From the NCBI GenBank assembly GCA_035703635.1, contig DASSXV010000001.1:1-45460 (forward strand): DNA of 45,460 nucleotides, read 5' to 3'. Every line of letters begins with the position of its first letter. The first letter of the stretch is position 1. Position numbers and translations under genes: made by a program. This document shows, piece after piece, positions 28,747 through 38,214 of the stretch. The notes below the pieces were generated by a model. It ran no database searches, was not told the origin of the DNA, and saw only the letters and a program-made list of their open reading frames with translations. Origin of the DNA: Trueperaceae bacterium. GTDB lineage: Bacteria; Deinococcota; Deinococci; Deinococcales; Trueperaceae.

Positions 28747-29307
28747 GTGGAGCCGCTCGCCTTCCTCACGCCCCTCGAGGAGTGGCGGCAGCAGAAGGAC
28801 GAGTACTTGGCGTCCAGCCGCAACTCGCCCCTTTACGGCGCGCCCGCTTTCGTTGGCCTCAGCTACTACCCCGAGGACGAGGCCGCGCGCGTCGTCGCGC
28901 GGCTAGCACGGGCAAGCGAGCAGCGGCCGGTCATGCTGGCTACCAGCAGCGGCGAGGAGCGGCTGTTCATCGAGTTCGGCACGGCGACCTTCGAGCTCGA
29001 GGGTCACAGCGCGGCGTTGACGCTCTTCGCCCCGACTGACGCGCCTGATGGGCCGCGGCTCTTCCTGCCGTTCGCGGACGCCACGTCAGGGCGCGAGACG
29101 TACGGCGCTGGACGCTACCTCGACCCGCGACTTTCCACGTCTGCGCCCGACGAACTCGTGTTGGACTTCAACTACGCCTACCACCCGTACTGCGCATACG
29201 CGGAGGGTTACGTCTGCCCCTTCCCGCCAGCTGGCAACCGCTTGGCGGTCGCGGTGCGCGCGGGGGAGAGGCTGCCAGCCCAAGACCTGGCCAGCGACGC
29301 CGAGTGA
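28747..29307 (+). CDS. DUF1684 family protein
   Basis: SPL...F.GL.YY, LFLPFADATSG.ETYGAGRYL, LDFN.AYHPYCAY...CP.PP..NRL...VRAGE. Confidence 0.9.
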   Translation: MEPLAFLTPLEEWRQQKDEYLASSRNSPLYGAPAFVGLSYYPEDEAARVVARLARASEQRPVMLATSSGEERLFIEFGTATFELEGHSAALTLFAPTDAPDGPRLFLPFADATSGRETYGAGRYLDPRLSTSAPDELVLDFNYAYHPYCAYAEGYVCPFPPAGNRLAVAVRAGERLPAQDLASDAE

Positions 29308-30065
29308 GCAGTCTCCTGAGGGCAGCTGCCTGGGACGTGACTCACGGGTTCACTACCCGCGCGGGCGGGGTGAGCGTTGGCCCTTACCTTGGTCTCAACC
29401 TCGGCCTGAGCTCCGGCGATGACGTGGCGACCGTCGAACGCAACCGGGACCTGCTCCTCGGCGACCTCGGCTACTCTCGCGCTCAAGTGGTCGCCTTCCA
29501 CCAAGTGCACGGCGACCGGGTCTTGTCGGGCGATCCGGGTTGGTTCGTGGACGAGGCAGACGCGGCGGTGACCGATCGCGCTGACGTGCTCCTGGTAGTC
29601 AGCACCGCAGACTGCGTGCCGCTGCTGTTTCACGATCCGCTCAAGGGCGTCGTTGGAGCCGCGCACTGCGGTTGGCGCGGGACGGCGGCCGGACTCGCTG
29701 GCAAAGTGGTGACCGCCATGGCAGAGCGCTACCAGAGCCGCCCGAGCGGCGTTCGCGTGGCGCTAGGTCCATGCATGAGGGGCTCCTGTTATCAGGTCGG
29801 CCCTGAAGTCATCGACGCCTTCGTCGCCGCTGGTGTGCCAGACGCATGCTGGCGGCCCGACCCCGTCACTGCCGGGCGCTACTACCTTGACTTGCCCGCC
29901 GCGAACTTATGGTCGCTCGAGCGCGCCGGCGTACGCCCTGCCAACGTAAGCGACCTAGGACTATGCACCCACTGCGACGCGCAGGCGTTCTACAGCCACC
30001 GCCGCGACCGCGGGGTTACCGGCAGGCACTGGGCGTACGTCTCGTTGCGCCGAGCCGAGGGGTAG
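29304..30065 (+). CDS. pgeF: YfiH/PgeF family (purine nucleoside phosphorylase, laccase-domain) protein
   Basis: HGFTTRAGGVS, LNLG, QVHG, TADCVP, HCGWRG, CYQVG, CT.C....FYSHRR. Confidence 0.92.
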   Translation: MSSLLRAAAWDVTHGFTTRAGGVSVGPYLGLNLGLSSGDDVATVERNRDLLLGDLGYSRAQVVAFHQVHGDRVLSGDPGWFVDEADAAVTDRADVLLVVSTADCVPLLFHDPLKGVVGAAHCGWRGTAAGLAGKVVTAMAERYQSRPSGVRVALGPCMRGSCYQVGPEVIDAFVAAGVPDACWRPDPVTAGRYYLDLPAANLWSLERAGVRPANVSDLGLCTHCDAQAFYSHRRDRGVTGRHWAYVSLRRAEG

Positions 30066-30101
30066 CATGGCGCGCATGTTGCGGGTGATGGAGTTCGGGC
30101 G

Positions 30102-30707
30102 GTGAACCAACCGGAGCGACTCTCGGCGGTCGATGTACGTGCGCGGCTAGCGGCTTGCGCACCGAAGGCCTTGGAGATCCCGGGCTTCCGCAGGGCGGCC
30201 GTCCTGGTGCCCATCCTGCTCGGAGCCAAGGGGTCCGAACTCCTGCTCACCGTCAGGTCGAGCAACCTGCGCAGCCACGCTGGCCAGATCGCCTTCCCAG
30301 GCGGCAGGCTCGAGGTGGGCGAGGACGACGTGACTGCCGCCATTCGCGAGACGCGCGAGGAGGTTGGTTTGGTGGTGCGGCCAGAAGACGTCGTCGGGCG
30401 CTTATCCGACCACCCTTCGCCTGCAGGTTACGTGGCTACCCCGCTCGTTGCCGTCCTCGACTGGCCGCAAGCGCTGGAAACCGACCCTAACGAAGTGGCG
30501 GAGACCTTCACGGTTCCGCTAGCCGACCTTGCGGCGATCAGTCCCAGCTCACGCGTCGGCGAGCTGCTCAAGTACCGCCGCCGCATCTACTCGTACCCGT
30601 GGCAGGGGCGGAACATCTGGGGCTTCACGGGTAACGTCGTGCGCGACCTGCTCACCGCCCTGTACGGCAAGGCGGGCGCGGCGGACGAGGACCAGTTCGC
30701 GCCATGA
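30102..30707 (+). CDS. Nudix hydrolase, CoA pyrophosphatase type
   Basis: AAVLVP, LLTVRS..LRSHAGQIAFPGG, Nudix box AAIRETREEVG, IWGFTG. Confidence 0.9.
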   Translation: MNQPERLSAVDVRARLAACAPKALEIPGFRRAAVLVPILLGAKGSELLLTVRSSNLRSHAGQIAFPGGRLEVGEDDVTAAIRETREEVGLVVRPEDVVGRLSDHPSPAGYVATPLVAVLDWPQALETDPNEVAETFTVPLADLAAISPSSRVGELLKYRRRIYSYPWQGRNIWGFTGNVVRDLLTALYGKAGAADEDQFAP

Positions 30708-32221
30708 AGTCCCGCGACTTGCGCGTAGTGCGCGGTGACGAGCGCTACTCGTTCTCGGCAGGGGTGCTGGTCGAGGCGTTGCAGAGCGCGGGCGTGCCGA
30801 CCGAGGAGGCCATGGAACTCGCGCAGGACCTCGAGGCGCAGCTGCGCGAGAGCGCCTCGCGCCGCGTCGAACTCAACCACCTGATGCGCCTCCTAGCGGA
30901 GGGCGTGAGGCGGCGCGTCTCCGGCGCCGCTGCGACGCGCTTCTTGCGGCAGACGCCCCCGTTCGTGCCCATCATCGTGTTGCAACCGCGGCCGGTAAGC
31001 GCGACTGGTGAAGGCGTCGCGCCGCCAGGGGAGCGCTTCTCGCGCCGCCGCCTGACCTCGGCGTTGGAGAAAGTAGGGCTCGGCTTCAAGGAGGCCAACG
31101 TCGTTGCCTTCCAGGTCGAGCAGGGGATCCGGAGCGAGGGGCTCGAGCATCTCGAGCGGGCCGACCTTACGCGGCGGGTAGCGCTCGTGCTCGAGGGCCG
31201 CTTCGGGCGCGACTTGCGCCTGCGTTACGAGGCCATCACCTCGAGCAGCTTCGAAGTGCGCGTTCAGGAGCCTGGCGGCCTGGCGCTGCCGTTCTCGCGC
31301 GGCATCTTGGCGCAGTCGCTAACGGCCGTTGGGCTCAGTCCGGACATGTCGCACAACTTGGCCAAGCGCGTGGAGGAAGCCCTGTACGCACTGCACGTGC
31401 CGGTCGTGAAGCGCGAGCAGGTGCGCGGTCAAGTCGTGCGCCTTCTGCGGTTGGAGGCTGGCGAGGAGTTCGCGCAGCGCTACGCCATGATGCGCGAGGC
31501 CCGCAACCGGGAGCGCCCGATCGTCGTGCTGTTCGGCGGCGCTCCAGGGGTCGGCAAGTCGGCCATCGCCTCCGAGGTCGGGTACCGGCTCGGCATCCCG
31601 CGCATCGTGTCGACCGACTCGGCGCGGCAAGCGCTGCGGTCGCTCATCGGTCCGGAGCTCAGTCCGATCTTGCACGCCAGCACTTACGAGGCGTGGCGGG
31701 CAGAGCTGCTCCCTGGCGAGCGCGAGACTGCGCGGCCGGAGCGCCTGCGCGTGCTGCGCGGTTTCTTGGCGCAAGTGCACCAGCTCAACCCGGCGCTTAC
31801 GGCCATCGTCGAGCGCAACATCTACGAGGCGACCTCTATCGTCATGGAAGGCGTTCAACTCGTGCCAGGCATCGCGCCCGCGCGGGAGTTCCGCGACGCC
31901 ACCGTCATCAACATCGTCCTCTCGGTGACGGACGAGGAGGATCACCTCAAGCACTTCGCCGCGCGCGAGGGCCAAACGCGCCTGAAGCGAGCGCAGCAGC
32001 CGTACATCGAACACTTCGTCGAGATCCGCGTGATCCAGGAGTACGTCACGCAACAGGCGCAACTGCGGGGCGTTCCGGTCGTCGAGGCGGCCGACTTCGA
32101 TCGTGCCGTCGAACGCTGCGTCGACCACGTCCTAGACGTGATGCTCATGGAGCAGGTGCGCGGAGGCGATGGTCGAGACGACCACGCGTCCGACAGCGAC
32201 GGTTCATCAACTTCTGCATGA
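30704..32221 (+). CDS. Triple ATP-cone / P-loop kinase (2-phosphoglycerate-kinase-like)
   Basis: Three repeats FSAGVLVEAL, FSRRRLTSAL, FSRGILAQSL. Walker A GAPGVGKS, STD..RQ.LR, LHASTY.AW, MEGVQLVPG. Confidence 0.8.
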   Translation: MKSRDLRVVRGDERYSFSAGVLVEALQSAGVPTEEAMELAQDLEAQLRESASRRVELNHLMRLLAEGVRRRVSGAAATRFLRQTPPFVPIIVLQPRPVSATGEGVAPPGERFSRRRLTSALEKVGLGFKEANVVAFQVEQGIRSEGLEHLERADLTRRVALVLEGRFGRDLRLRYEAITSSSFEVRVQEPGGLALPFSRGILAQSLTAVGLSPDMSHNLAKRVEEALYALHVPVVKREQVRGQVVRLLRLEAGEEFAQRYAMMREARNRERPIVVLFGGAPGVGKSAIASEVGYRLGIPRIVSTDSARQALRSLIGPELSPILHASTYEAWRAELLPGERETARPERLRVLRGFLAQVHQLNPALTAIVERNIYEATSIVMEGVQLVPGIAPAREFRDATVINIVLSVTDEEDHLKHFAAREGQTRLKRAQQPYIEHFVEIRVIQEYVTQQAQLRGVPVVEAADFDRAVERCVDHVLDVMLMEQVRGGDGRDDHASDSDGSSTSA

Positions 32222-32275
32222 AGAATGTTATCGCTGGTACCGGGGAGTTACCCCTAGACTGCCGCCAGGAGGACC

Positions 32276-33229
32276 ATGTCGACACCTGCCATCGCTAGCG
32301 AGCGCCTCACCAAGGTCTATGGGAAACGGCAGGTGGTCAAGGACTTCACCTTCCGCGTCAACCCTGGCGAGGTGTACGCGTTGGTCGGCCCGAACGGCGC
32401 CGGCAAGACGACCGTGATCCGCCTGGTCTCAGGCCTCGCCTTCCCGACTTCAGGCACCGTAAGCATCATGGGTAAGGACCCTCACTTGCGGCCAGAGGTG
32501 CGCCGCGAGCTGGGCGCAGTCGTAGAGGCCCCCGCCGCCTTCTACCCGTACCTCACTGGCCGCGCGAACCTGCAGTTGCACGCTTCGCTCGCTGGCGGCG
32601 TCGAGCCGGGCCGCATAGCGGAGGTCCTCAACCTCATGGAGCTGTCGGACGCGAGCGAGCGTAAGGTCGGCGTTTATAGCCTCGGCATGCGTCAACGTCT
32701 CGGGGTGGCGGCCGCCATCCTCACGCACCCGCGGGTTCTCATACTCGATGAGCCCGCAAGCGGCATGGACCCACTTAGCCTGCACCTCGTGCACTCCGTG
32801 CTGCGCAAGGCGGCGGAGGAGGGCACCGCCGTGCTCCTCTCCACCCACCACCTCGACGAGGTGGTGGCTTACTGCACGCGCGTTGCCATCCTGGAAGAGG
32901 GCGTGCTGATCGACGAGGTCAACCTCTTCGACCGGCGCGAGCGTTACCGCTTGCGGCCGACGAACATCGATGAGGCCGTGCGCCTGCTTAGCGCTTCGCC
33001 GCACGTCAAGCACGCGAGCGTGCGCGGCACGGAGGTCGTCTTCATCCCTGCCAGCGCCAAGGACCTCGCTGCCGTCACCGGCGTTCTCGCGCAGGGCGGC
33101 GTCGGGGTGCTTGAGATGAACCGCGACGTGTTCGACTTGCGCGCCTACTACCGCGAGCGCGTCAGCGCAGAACGCGCGCGGCGCACGGGCGTCATCGAGC
33201 CAGTCGCTTACCCGGGAGAAGCGTCATGA
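32276..33229 (+). CDS. ABC-2 type transporter ATP-binding protein
   Basis: GPNGAGKT, YSLGMRQRLG, ILDEP, H-loop STHH. AGGAGG SD, with a TAGACT -10 just upstream. Confidence 0.93.
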   Translation: MSTPAIASERLTKVYGKRQVVKDFTFRVNPGEVYALVGPNGAGKTTVIRLVSGLAFPTSGTVSIMGKDPHLRPEVRRELGAVVEAPAAFYPYLTGRANLQLHASLAGGVEPGRIAEVLNLMELSDASERKVGVYSLGMRQRLGVAAAILTHPRVLILDEPASGMDPLSLHLVHSVLRKAAEEGTAVLLSTHHLDEVVAYCTRVAILEEGVLIDEVNLFDRRERYRLRPTNIDEAVRLLSASPHVKHASVRGTEVVFIPASAKDLAAVTGVLAQGGVGVLEMNRDVFDLRAYYRERVSAERARRTGVIEPVAYPGEAS

Positions 33230-33999
33230 GCGTACTGCTGCGCATGGAGCTGGCGAAACTGTGGCGCCTCACGAGCGTACGTGTTGGCCTGCTGCTGGTA
33301 ATCGTCTTCCCGCTGCTGTGGGCGTACGCGCCTGGCATCTTCGACGTTTACGGCTTCTTCCTGGTCTCCGCTTACCAGGTGCCGGCGCTTGGGCTGCTCT
33401 CGTCGATGCAGTTCCTGCTCCCGCTACTGACGGCCATCACGGCAGCTGAACTGCTCGGCGTCGAGATCGCCAACGGCACCCTGCCGACGATCTTGCTCAG
33501 GCCAGTGACGCGTCCTAACTGGTTGGCCGCGAAACTCGTGGCCGCTACGCTCTACCCGTTCGTCCTGCTAGCGGTGTTCCTGCTCGCGGCCCTGGTGGCA
33601 GGGGCGCAGTTCGGTTTCGGGAGCTTCATCGGCGGCACGGGCCTCGGCGAGGCCGGTCTCCTCGGCTCCGGCTCGATGAGCGCTGGGGCTGCCATGGCCG
33701 AGCTCGGTCGCGGCTACTTGCTTGCCGCGGTCGCGCTCGTGCCGATCGCCATGCTCGCCGTCATGTTCACCGTAGTGTTCATGAACGCCGCTGGCGGCGC
33801 GCTGGCCACCATGGCGACCCTCATCCTCATGCAGCTCCTTATCGTGTTCCCGCGGCTCGAGCCGTTCCTGCTCACCACGCAGTTGAACGCTTACGCTGCG
33901 CCCACCTCCGACCTCTCGTGGGTGATCGCGCTCATCGCCCTGTATGGCGCGCTCTTCGCCGCCATCGCCGTAGTGCTGTTCGAGCGGAAGGACTTCTAG
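33226..33999 (+). CDS. ABC-2 type transporter permease
   Basis: ELAKL N-terminus, E...GTL...LLRPVTR...AAK, ~6 TM segments, FERKDF C-terminus. Confidence 0.9.
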   Translation: MSVLLRMELAKLWRLTSVRVGLLLVIVFPLLWAYAPGIFDVYGFFLVSAYQVPALGLLSSMQFLLPLLTAITAAELLGVEIANGTLPTILLRPVTRPNWLAAKLVAATLYPFVLLAVFLLAALVAGAQFGFGSFIGGTGLGEAGLLGSGSMSAGAAMAELGRGYLLAAVALVPIAMLAVMFTVVFMNAAGGALATMATLILMQLLIVFPRLEPFLLTTQLNAYAAPTSDLSWVIALIALYGALFAAIAVVLFERKDF

Positions 34000-35237
34000 T
34001 GCCTTGGCGCCGACCTTGGGGCGGGCGGCGCGGTGGTCATGCGCTGCTCGCCCTGGTCATGGTCGTGGTCTGCGGCGCCCAGCTCGCCTCGGCGCAGCCC
34101 ATCAACTACACGGTGCAGGTCGTCGCGCTTTCCGACAGCGACGCCGCCCTAGTGATCGTCAACGACCTCCTCCGAGAGGGGTACCCGGCGTACGCCGTGC
34201 GGTCGACTTCGACGCAGGGCGCCGTCTTCAGGGTGCGGGTCGGCGCGTTCGCGAACCGTCAGGCGGCGCTGCACTACGCCGAAGCCATGCCGGACGTTGG
34301 CGGCGGCAGGCCCGTGCCTGCGCTAGCCGAGGCCATCCCACAAGGCATCACGCCGCTGGTTCCAAGGTTGCTACTGCAGGAGGACGTTAGCGGCAGGGAA
34401 GCGCGCCTACTCGCTCTGCCACGGGGCGGGCTGGCGCTAAGGCTGCAATGGCGCGTGCCGCTCGGGCAGGCCGAGTACGTGATCTTCCGCGCGGGCGCAG
34501 TCGAGCGCTTCAACGCCTGGCAACTCGTCGAGAGCGAGGACGGCGTGCGCCTGCGCGTGCGCGACCTGCAGCTCTGGCCGGACGCCTGGCAGCAAGAGAG
34601 CTCCGACGTGCGCCAGGGTTACCTCAACAACCTCGTGGCGCTGATCGCGGATCGCCTTGGCGTTGGCGTGGCAGAAGTCATGGCGGGCAAGTACGTGCCG
34701 CCAGGCGACGAGGTGCCGCGCCTCATCGTGGTCGAGAGGGTCGTGCCTGGAGCCGCCGACGGCCCCGAACTGCTGGGTGTTGGGCTGCCGGCAAGCGGCA
34801 TGACGCCGTCTGGGCCCATCGCCTACCTGGGCATAGACCCCGGTTTGCTGCCCGCCGTTCCAGAGAGCGCGCGCCTCGACTTAGCTAGCCGCAGCGTTAC
34901 CGGTGCACTGGCGGAGGCCACTTGGCCTGGCGACTTAACGGGCGGCGCTGCCAGTAGCGCCGAGGTGGCGGAGGAGACGGCACCTGAACCCGTCCCCGAG
35001 TCGCCCGTAAACGCGCCGCAGGCGGCGCCGACGCAAGTAGCTGGCGAGGTGCTCGGTTCCGGCTGGTCGGCCGTGCCCGACGGCAAGTTCGTGCGGCTGA
35101 CGGTGCTGGCGGAGGACGGCGGGCCCGTCTCTAGCTGGCGTGCCTGCGTAGGAACGCCGTTGTGGAGTGACGGCCATCACTTGCTTGCCCTCCACAACGG
35201 CGTGTTGTTGGTCTACGACTTCTTGCTGCGCCAGTAG
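33999..35237 (+). CDS. Exported SPOR-domain protein
   Basis: Signal peptide ending LASA|Q, then YTVQVVA...L.REGYPAY...FRVRVGAF.NRQAA (SPOR). Pro/Glu/Ala linker near the C-terminus. GTG start at 33999 overlaps the permease TAG. Confidence 0.75.
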   Translation: MPWRRPWGGRRGGHALLALVMVVVCGAQLASAQPINYTVQVVALSDSDAALVIVNDLLREGYPAYAVRSTSTQGAVFRVRVGAFANRQAALHYAEAMPDVGGGRPVPALAEAIPQGITPLVPRLLLQEDVSGREARLLALPRGGLALRLQWRVPLGQAEYVIFRAGAVERFNAWQLVESEDGVRLRVRDLQLWPDAWQQESSDVRQGYLNNLVALIADRLGVGVAEVMAGKYVPPGDEVPRLIVVERVVPGAADGPELLGVGLPASGMTPSGPIAYLGIDPGLLPAVPESARLDLASRSVTGALAEATWPGDLTGGAASSAEVAEETAPEPVPESPVNAPQAAPTQVAGEVLGSGWSAVPDGKFVRLTVLAEDGGPVSSWRACVGTPLWSDGHHLLALHNGVLLVYDFLLRQ

Positions 35238-35249
35238 GCGGCCGCTCGG

Positions 35250-36245
35250 TCAGGCCGGGGCCTGCGCCGCCTGGCCTGGCGCTGGCGCCGCCTGCGTTAC
35301 GGACTCGACATCGTGCTCGACTAGCCACTTCTCGACGGCCATCGCGGCGCGCGTGCCAGCGCCCACCGACGTGCCGAGTTGCCTGTAGATCTCGTCTGAC
35401 ACGTCGCCAGCCGCGAAGATCCCGGGTACGCTCGTGTAAACCTCGTCGTGCACGTCGACGTAGCCGCTTGGCCGCAGCCCGACCACCCCGGCCAAGTAGC
35501 CGGTGTTCGGCTCGTGGCCGACGTAGATGAAGACCCCGTCTGCGGGAAGCGTGCCAGTAGCCCCCGTGACCGTATCCAGCGTGCTTACGCCAGCGACTTG
35601 CCCGTCTGCGCCGAGCACTTCCGTGACTACGGTGTTCCACTTGAACACCATCTTGGGGTTGGCGAAGGCGCGCTCTTGAGCCGCCTTGTTGGCGCGGAGT
35701 TCGTCGCGGCGGTGGACGATCGTCACCTTGGAAGCGAACTTGGTGAGGAAGTAGCCTTCCTCGACGGCCGCGTCACCGCCGCCTACGACCACGACTTCCT
35801 TGCCGCGGTAGAAGAAGCCGTCACAAGTCGCGCACGTCGACACGCCGCGACCGTAGAGTTCGTCCTCACCTGGCACGCCTAGGCGGCGCGGGTTGGCTCC
35901 GGTTGCGATGATCACGGCGTTAGCGTGGTAGTCGGCCTCAAAACCGCTTACGAGGAAGCCGCCGTGAGGGTGCGGCGCTAGCCCGGTGACCTCTTCCATG
36001 AGGATGCGCGCACCGAACTTCTCGGCCTGCGCGACCATGCGCTGCGATAGTTCGGGACCACTGATGCCGTCTGGGAAGCCGGGGTAGTTCTCGACCTCGT
36101 CCGTTTGAGCGATCTGCCCACCGGGTAGGCCCTTCTCGAGGATGACCGTCGAGAGCTGGGCGCGGCCGGTGTAAACCCCAGCCGTTAGGCCAGCGGGCCC
36201 TCCTCCGATAATGACCACGTCTTGCCTGTGAACCTGCTTGGGCAT
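35250..36245 (-). CDS. trxB: Thioredoxin-disulfide reductase
   Basis: [22 protein letters not shown] redox motif, [28 protein letters not shown] 36245 with GGAGG SD. Confidence 0.96.
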   Translation of the reverse strand: MPKQVHRQDVVIIGGGPAGLTAGVYTGRAQLSTVILEKGLPGGQIAQTDEVENYPGFPDGISGPELSQRMVAQAEKFGARILMEEVTGLAPHPHGGFLVSGFEADYHANAVIIATGANPRRLGVPGEDELYGRGVSTCATCDGFFYRGKEVVVVGGGDAAVEEGYFLTKFASKVTIVHRRDELRANKAAQERAFANPKMVFKWNTVVTEVLGADGQVAGVSTLDTVTGATGTLPADGVFIYVGHEPNTGYLAGVVGLRPSGYVDVHDEVYTSVPGIFAAGDVSDEIYRQLGTSVGAGTRAAMAVEKWLVEHDVESVTQAAPAPGQAAQAPA

Positions 36246-36374
36246 CAGCGCCTCCATCTCCAAGGAATCTAGCATCGTGCGGCAGCCAAGAGAGTCGGCC
36301 AAGATACCCGGTAGGGGTATCGAGCGAGGGTCGCGGAGCGCTGACAGGCGGCGCGAGTGGGGGTAGCATCCGGT

Positions 36375-37091
36375 ATGCCGGAAGCCAATGATGCGCTAGC
36401 TACAGGGCGCCTATCGACATCTGTCGGCGATTACCTCAAGGCCATCTTGCTGCTAAGTGGCTCTGGCCCCGCTACCACCGGCGACATCGCCCGCGAGCTT
36501 GGGGTAACGGCGCCGTCCGTTACGTCCATGCTGACGAAGCTCGCGCGTGACGCCATGATCCTCTACGAGCCGTACAGGGGCGCGACCCTCACGCCTGCAG
36601 GCCTGAGCGAAACGCTGCGGCTAGTGCGCCGCCACAGGCTGTTGGAGACCTTCCTCATCCGCGAACTTGGCTACGGCTGGGAGGAAGTCCACGAAGAGGC
36701 CGAGCGCATGGAGCACGTCATGTCGGAGCGCTTCACCGAGCGGCTCGCGCAGCTCCTAGGCCAGCCGGCGTTCGATCCCCACGGCGACCCGATCCCACGG
36801 CCTGACGGCAGCCTGCCGCAAGCGCCGAGCGACGTGCTGGCGGCTGTCGAGGCGGGCGCGCGTTTCGAGATCCATAGGGTCAGGAGCCAGGAGCCAGAGA
36901 CGCTCGGGCACCTAACGGAGTTGCGGCTGGTACCGGGCGCACGCGTGAAGGTCATCGGCCGCGACGCGCTCGGCCATCTCTTGCGCCTGCAGGTGGAAGG
37001 CGGCAGGAGAGGCCGAGCGGTAGCTGCCGTTGACGAGATCGTCATCTCGCGTGAGTTGGCTGCGCTCCTCCTCGGTTCCAACTTGGGCTGA
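36375..37091 (+). CDS. mntR: DtxR/MntR-family metal-dependent repressor with FeoA-like C-terminal domain
   Basis: [40 protein letters not shown] 36375 lies 5 nt after TAGCAT. Confidence 0.88.
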   Translation: MPEANDALATGRLSTSVGDYLKAILLLSGSGPATTGDIARELGVTAPSVTSMLTKLARDAMILYEPYRGATLTPAGLSETLRLVRRHRLLETFLIRELGYGWEEVHEEAERMEHVMSERFTERLAQLLGQPAFDPHGDPIPRPDGSLPQAPSDVLAAVEAGARFEIHRVRSQEPETLGHLTELRLVPGARVKVIGRDALGHLLRLQVEGGRRGRAVAAVDEIVISRELAALLLGSNLG

Positions 37092-37116
37092 AACAGCTCG
37101 CGCTCAGCTCGAGCGC

Positions 37117-37181
37117 TTGACGGGGGCTCGCGGCAGCACCTAGATTAGACGTGTCTAAATACGAGGAGTAGACATGCCTAA
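37117..37181 (+). promoter_or_regulatory. troA promoter with tandem DtxR/MntR-type operators
   Basis: TTGACG (37117-22), 18 nt, TAGATT (37141-46). Palindrome TTAGAC-GT-GTCTAA at 37145-37158. Second degenerate box GTAGAC-AT-GCCTAA at 37168-37181 spans the ATG. Confidence 0.8.
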
Positions 37182-38214
37182 TAAAGATAGCCGCGCGACG
37201 ATTCCCCCGAGCGCAGGGCGTGCATGGCGCCTACTGTGGCTAGCGTCAGCCTTGAGCGGCGCCGGCTTCGCGCAGCCGCCCCTCCAGGTCGTCGCCACGA
37301 CCGCCATGGTCGGGGACGTGGCGAAGGCCGTAGCGGGGGAGTGCGCCGTCGTCGTCACCCTGATGGGCCCAGGCACGGACCCGCACCTCTACCGCGCCAG
37401 CGCCTCCGACGTGGCTGCGCTAGCCGCCGCCGACGTGATCCTCTACTCAGGGCTAGGTCTCGAGGGGCGGCTGGCAAGCGCGCTAACCGAACTCGGGAAG
37501 CGCGTGACGACGGGCGCCGTAGCGGAACTCGCCGTGCCTAAAGGCGAACGCCTAGTTCACCCTAGCGGCGTGACAGATCCGCACGCCTGGCTCAGCGCAG
37601 CAGCGTGGGCAGGCACCGCGCGGGTGATCGCCGAACTGTTGGCCGCCGAGCTCACTGCTCGAGCTCCTGACGAAGCCGGCGACTGCGTGGAGGGGTTGGC
37701 CGAACGCGCGGCCGCATACGAGCAACGTGTCTTGGCGCTTCACGACTGGGCGAAGGCGACCCTGGCGAGCGTGCCAAGAGAACGACGCGTGCTGGTCACC
37801 GCACACGACGCGTTCCACTACTTCGGACGGGCGTACGACGTCGAGGTCGTCGGCATCCAGGGCCTGAGCACGGACTCCGAGGCAGCCGTGGCGGACGTTC
37901 GCCGCGTAGCTGACCTGGTCGTCACGCGAGGGGTGGGTGCGTTGTTCGTCGAGAGCACCATCGACCCGCGCACCGTGCTAGCCGTGCTAGACGCCGTCGC
38001 CAGCCGCGGCGGGACGGCAGTGCTCGGTCCTGAACTCTACGGCGACGCCATGGGGGTTGAGGGCTCGAGCGCAGGCACTTACCTTGGCATGCTCGTCAGT
38101 AACGTCACCGTCATCACCCGCGCGTTAGGCGGAGAAGTCTTGCCTCTACCTACCTCGGTGGCCGAGTGGGTCACCATCTTGCCAGCCGCTTCGTCGGGTG
38201 AGGGCGCGAAGTGA
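37174..38214 (+). CDS. Mn/Zn/Fe ABC transporter substrate-binding protein (TroA type)
   Basis: GPGTDPHLY, DPHAW, LVTAHDAFHYFG, LYGDA: His/His/His/Asp ligand set. Confidence 0.92.
   Translation: MPNKDSRATIPPSAGRAWRLLWLASALSGAGFAQPPLQVVATTAMVGDVAKAVAGECAVVVTLMGPGTDPHLYRASASDVAALAAADVILYSGLGLEGRLASALTELGKRVTTGAVAELAVPKGERLVHPSGVTDPHAWLSAAAWAGTARVIAELLAAELTARAPDEAGDCVEGLAERAAAYEQRVLALHDWAKATLASVPRERRVLVTAHDAFHYFGRAYDVEVVGIQGLSTDSEAAVADVRRVADLVVTRGVGALFVESTIDPRTVLAVLDAVASRGGTAVLGPELYGDAMGVEGSSAGTYLGMLVSNVTVITRALGGEVLPLPTSVAEWVTILPAASSGEGAK

Noticed and set aside
32218..32298. 26-codon ORF (MKNVIAGTGELPLDCRQEDHVDTCHR) overlapping the kinase stop
   Set aside because: The interval is explained by the -10 (TAGACT) and SD of the ABC gene, and the ORF overlaps that gene out of frame.
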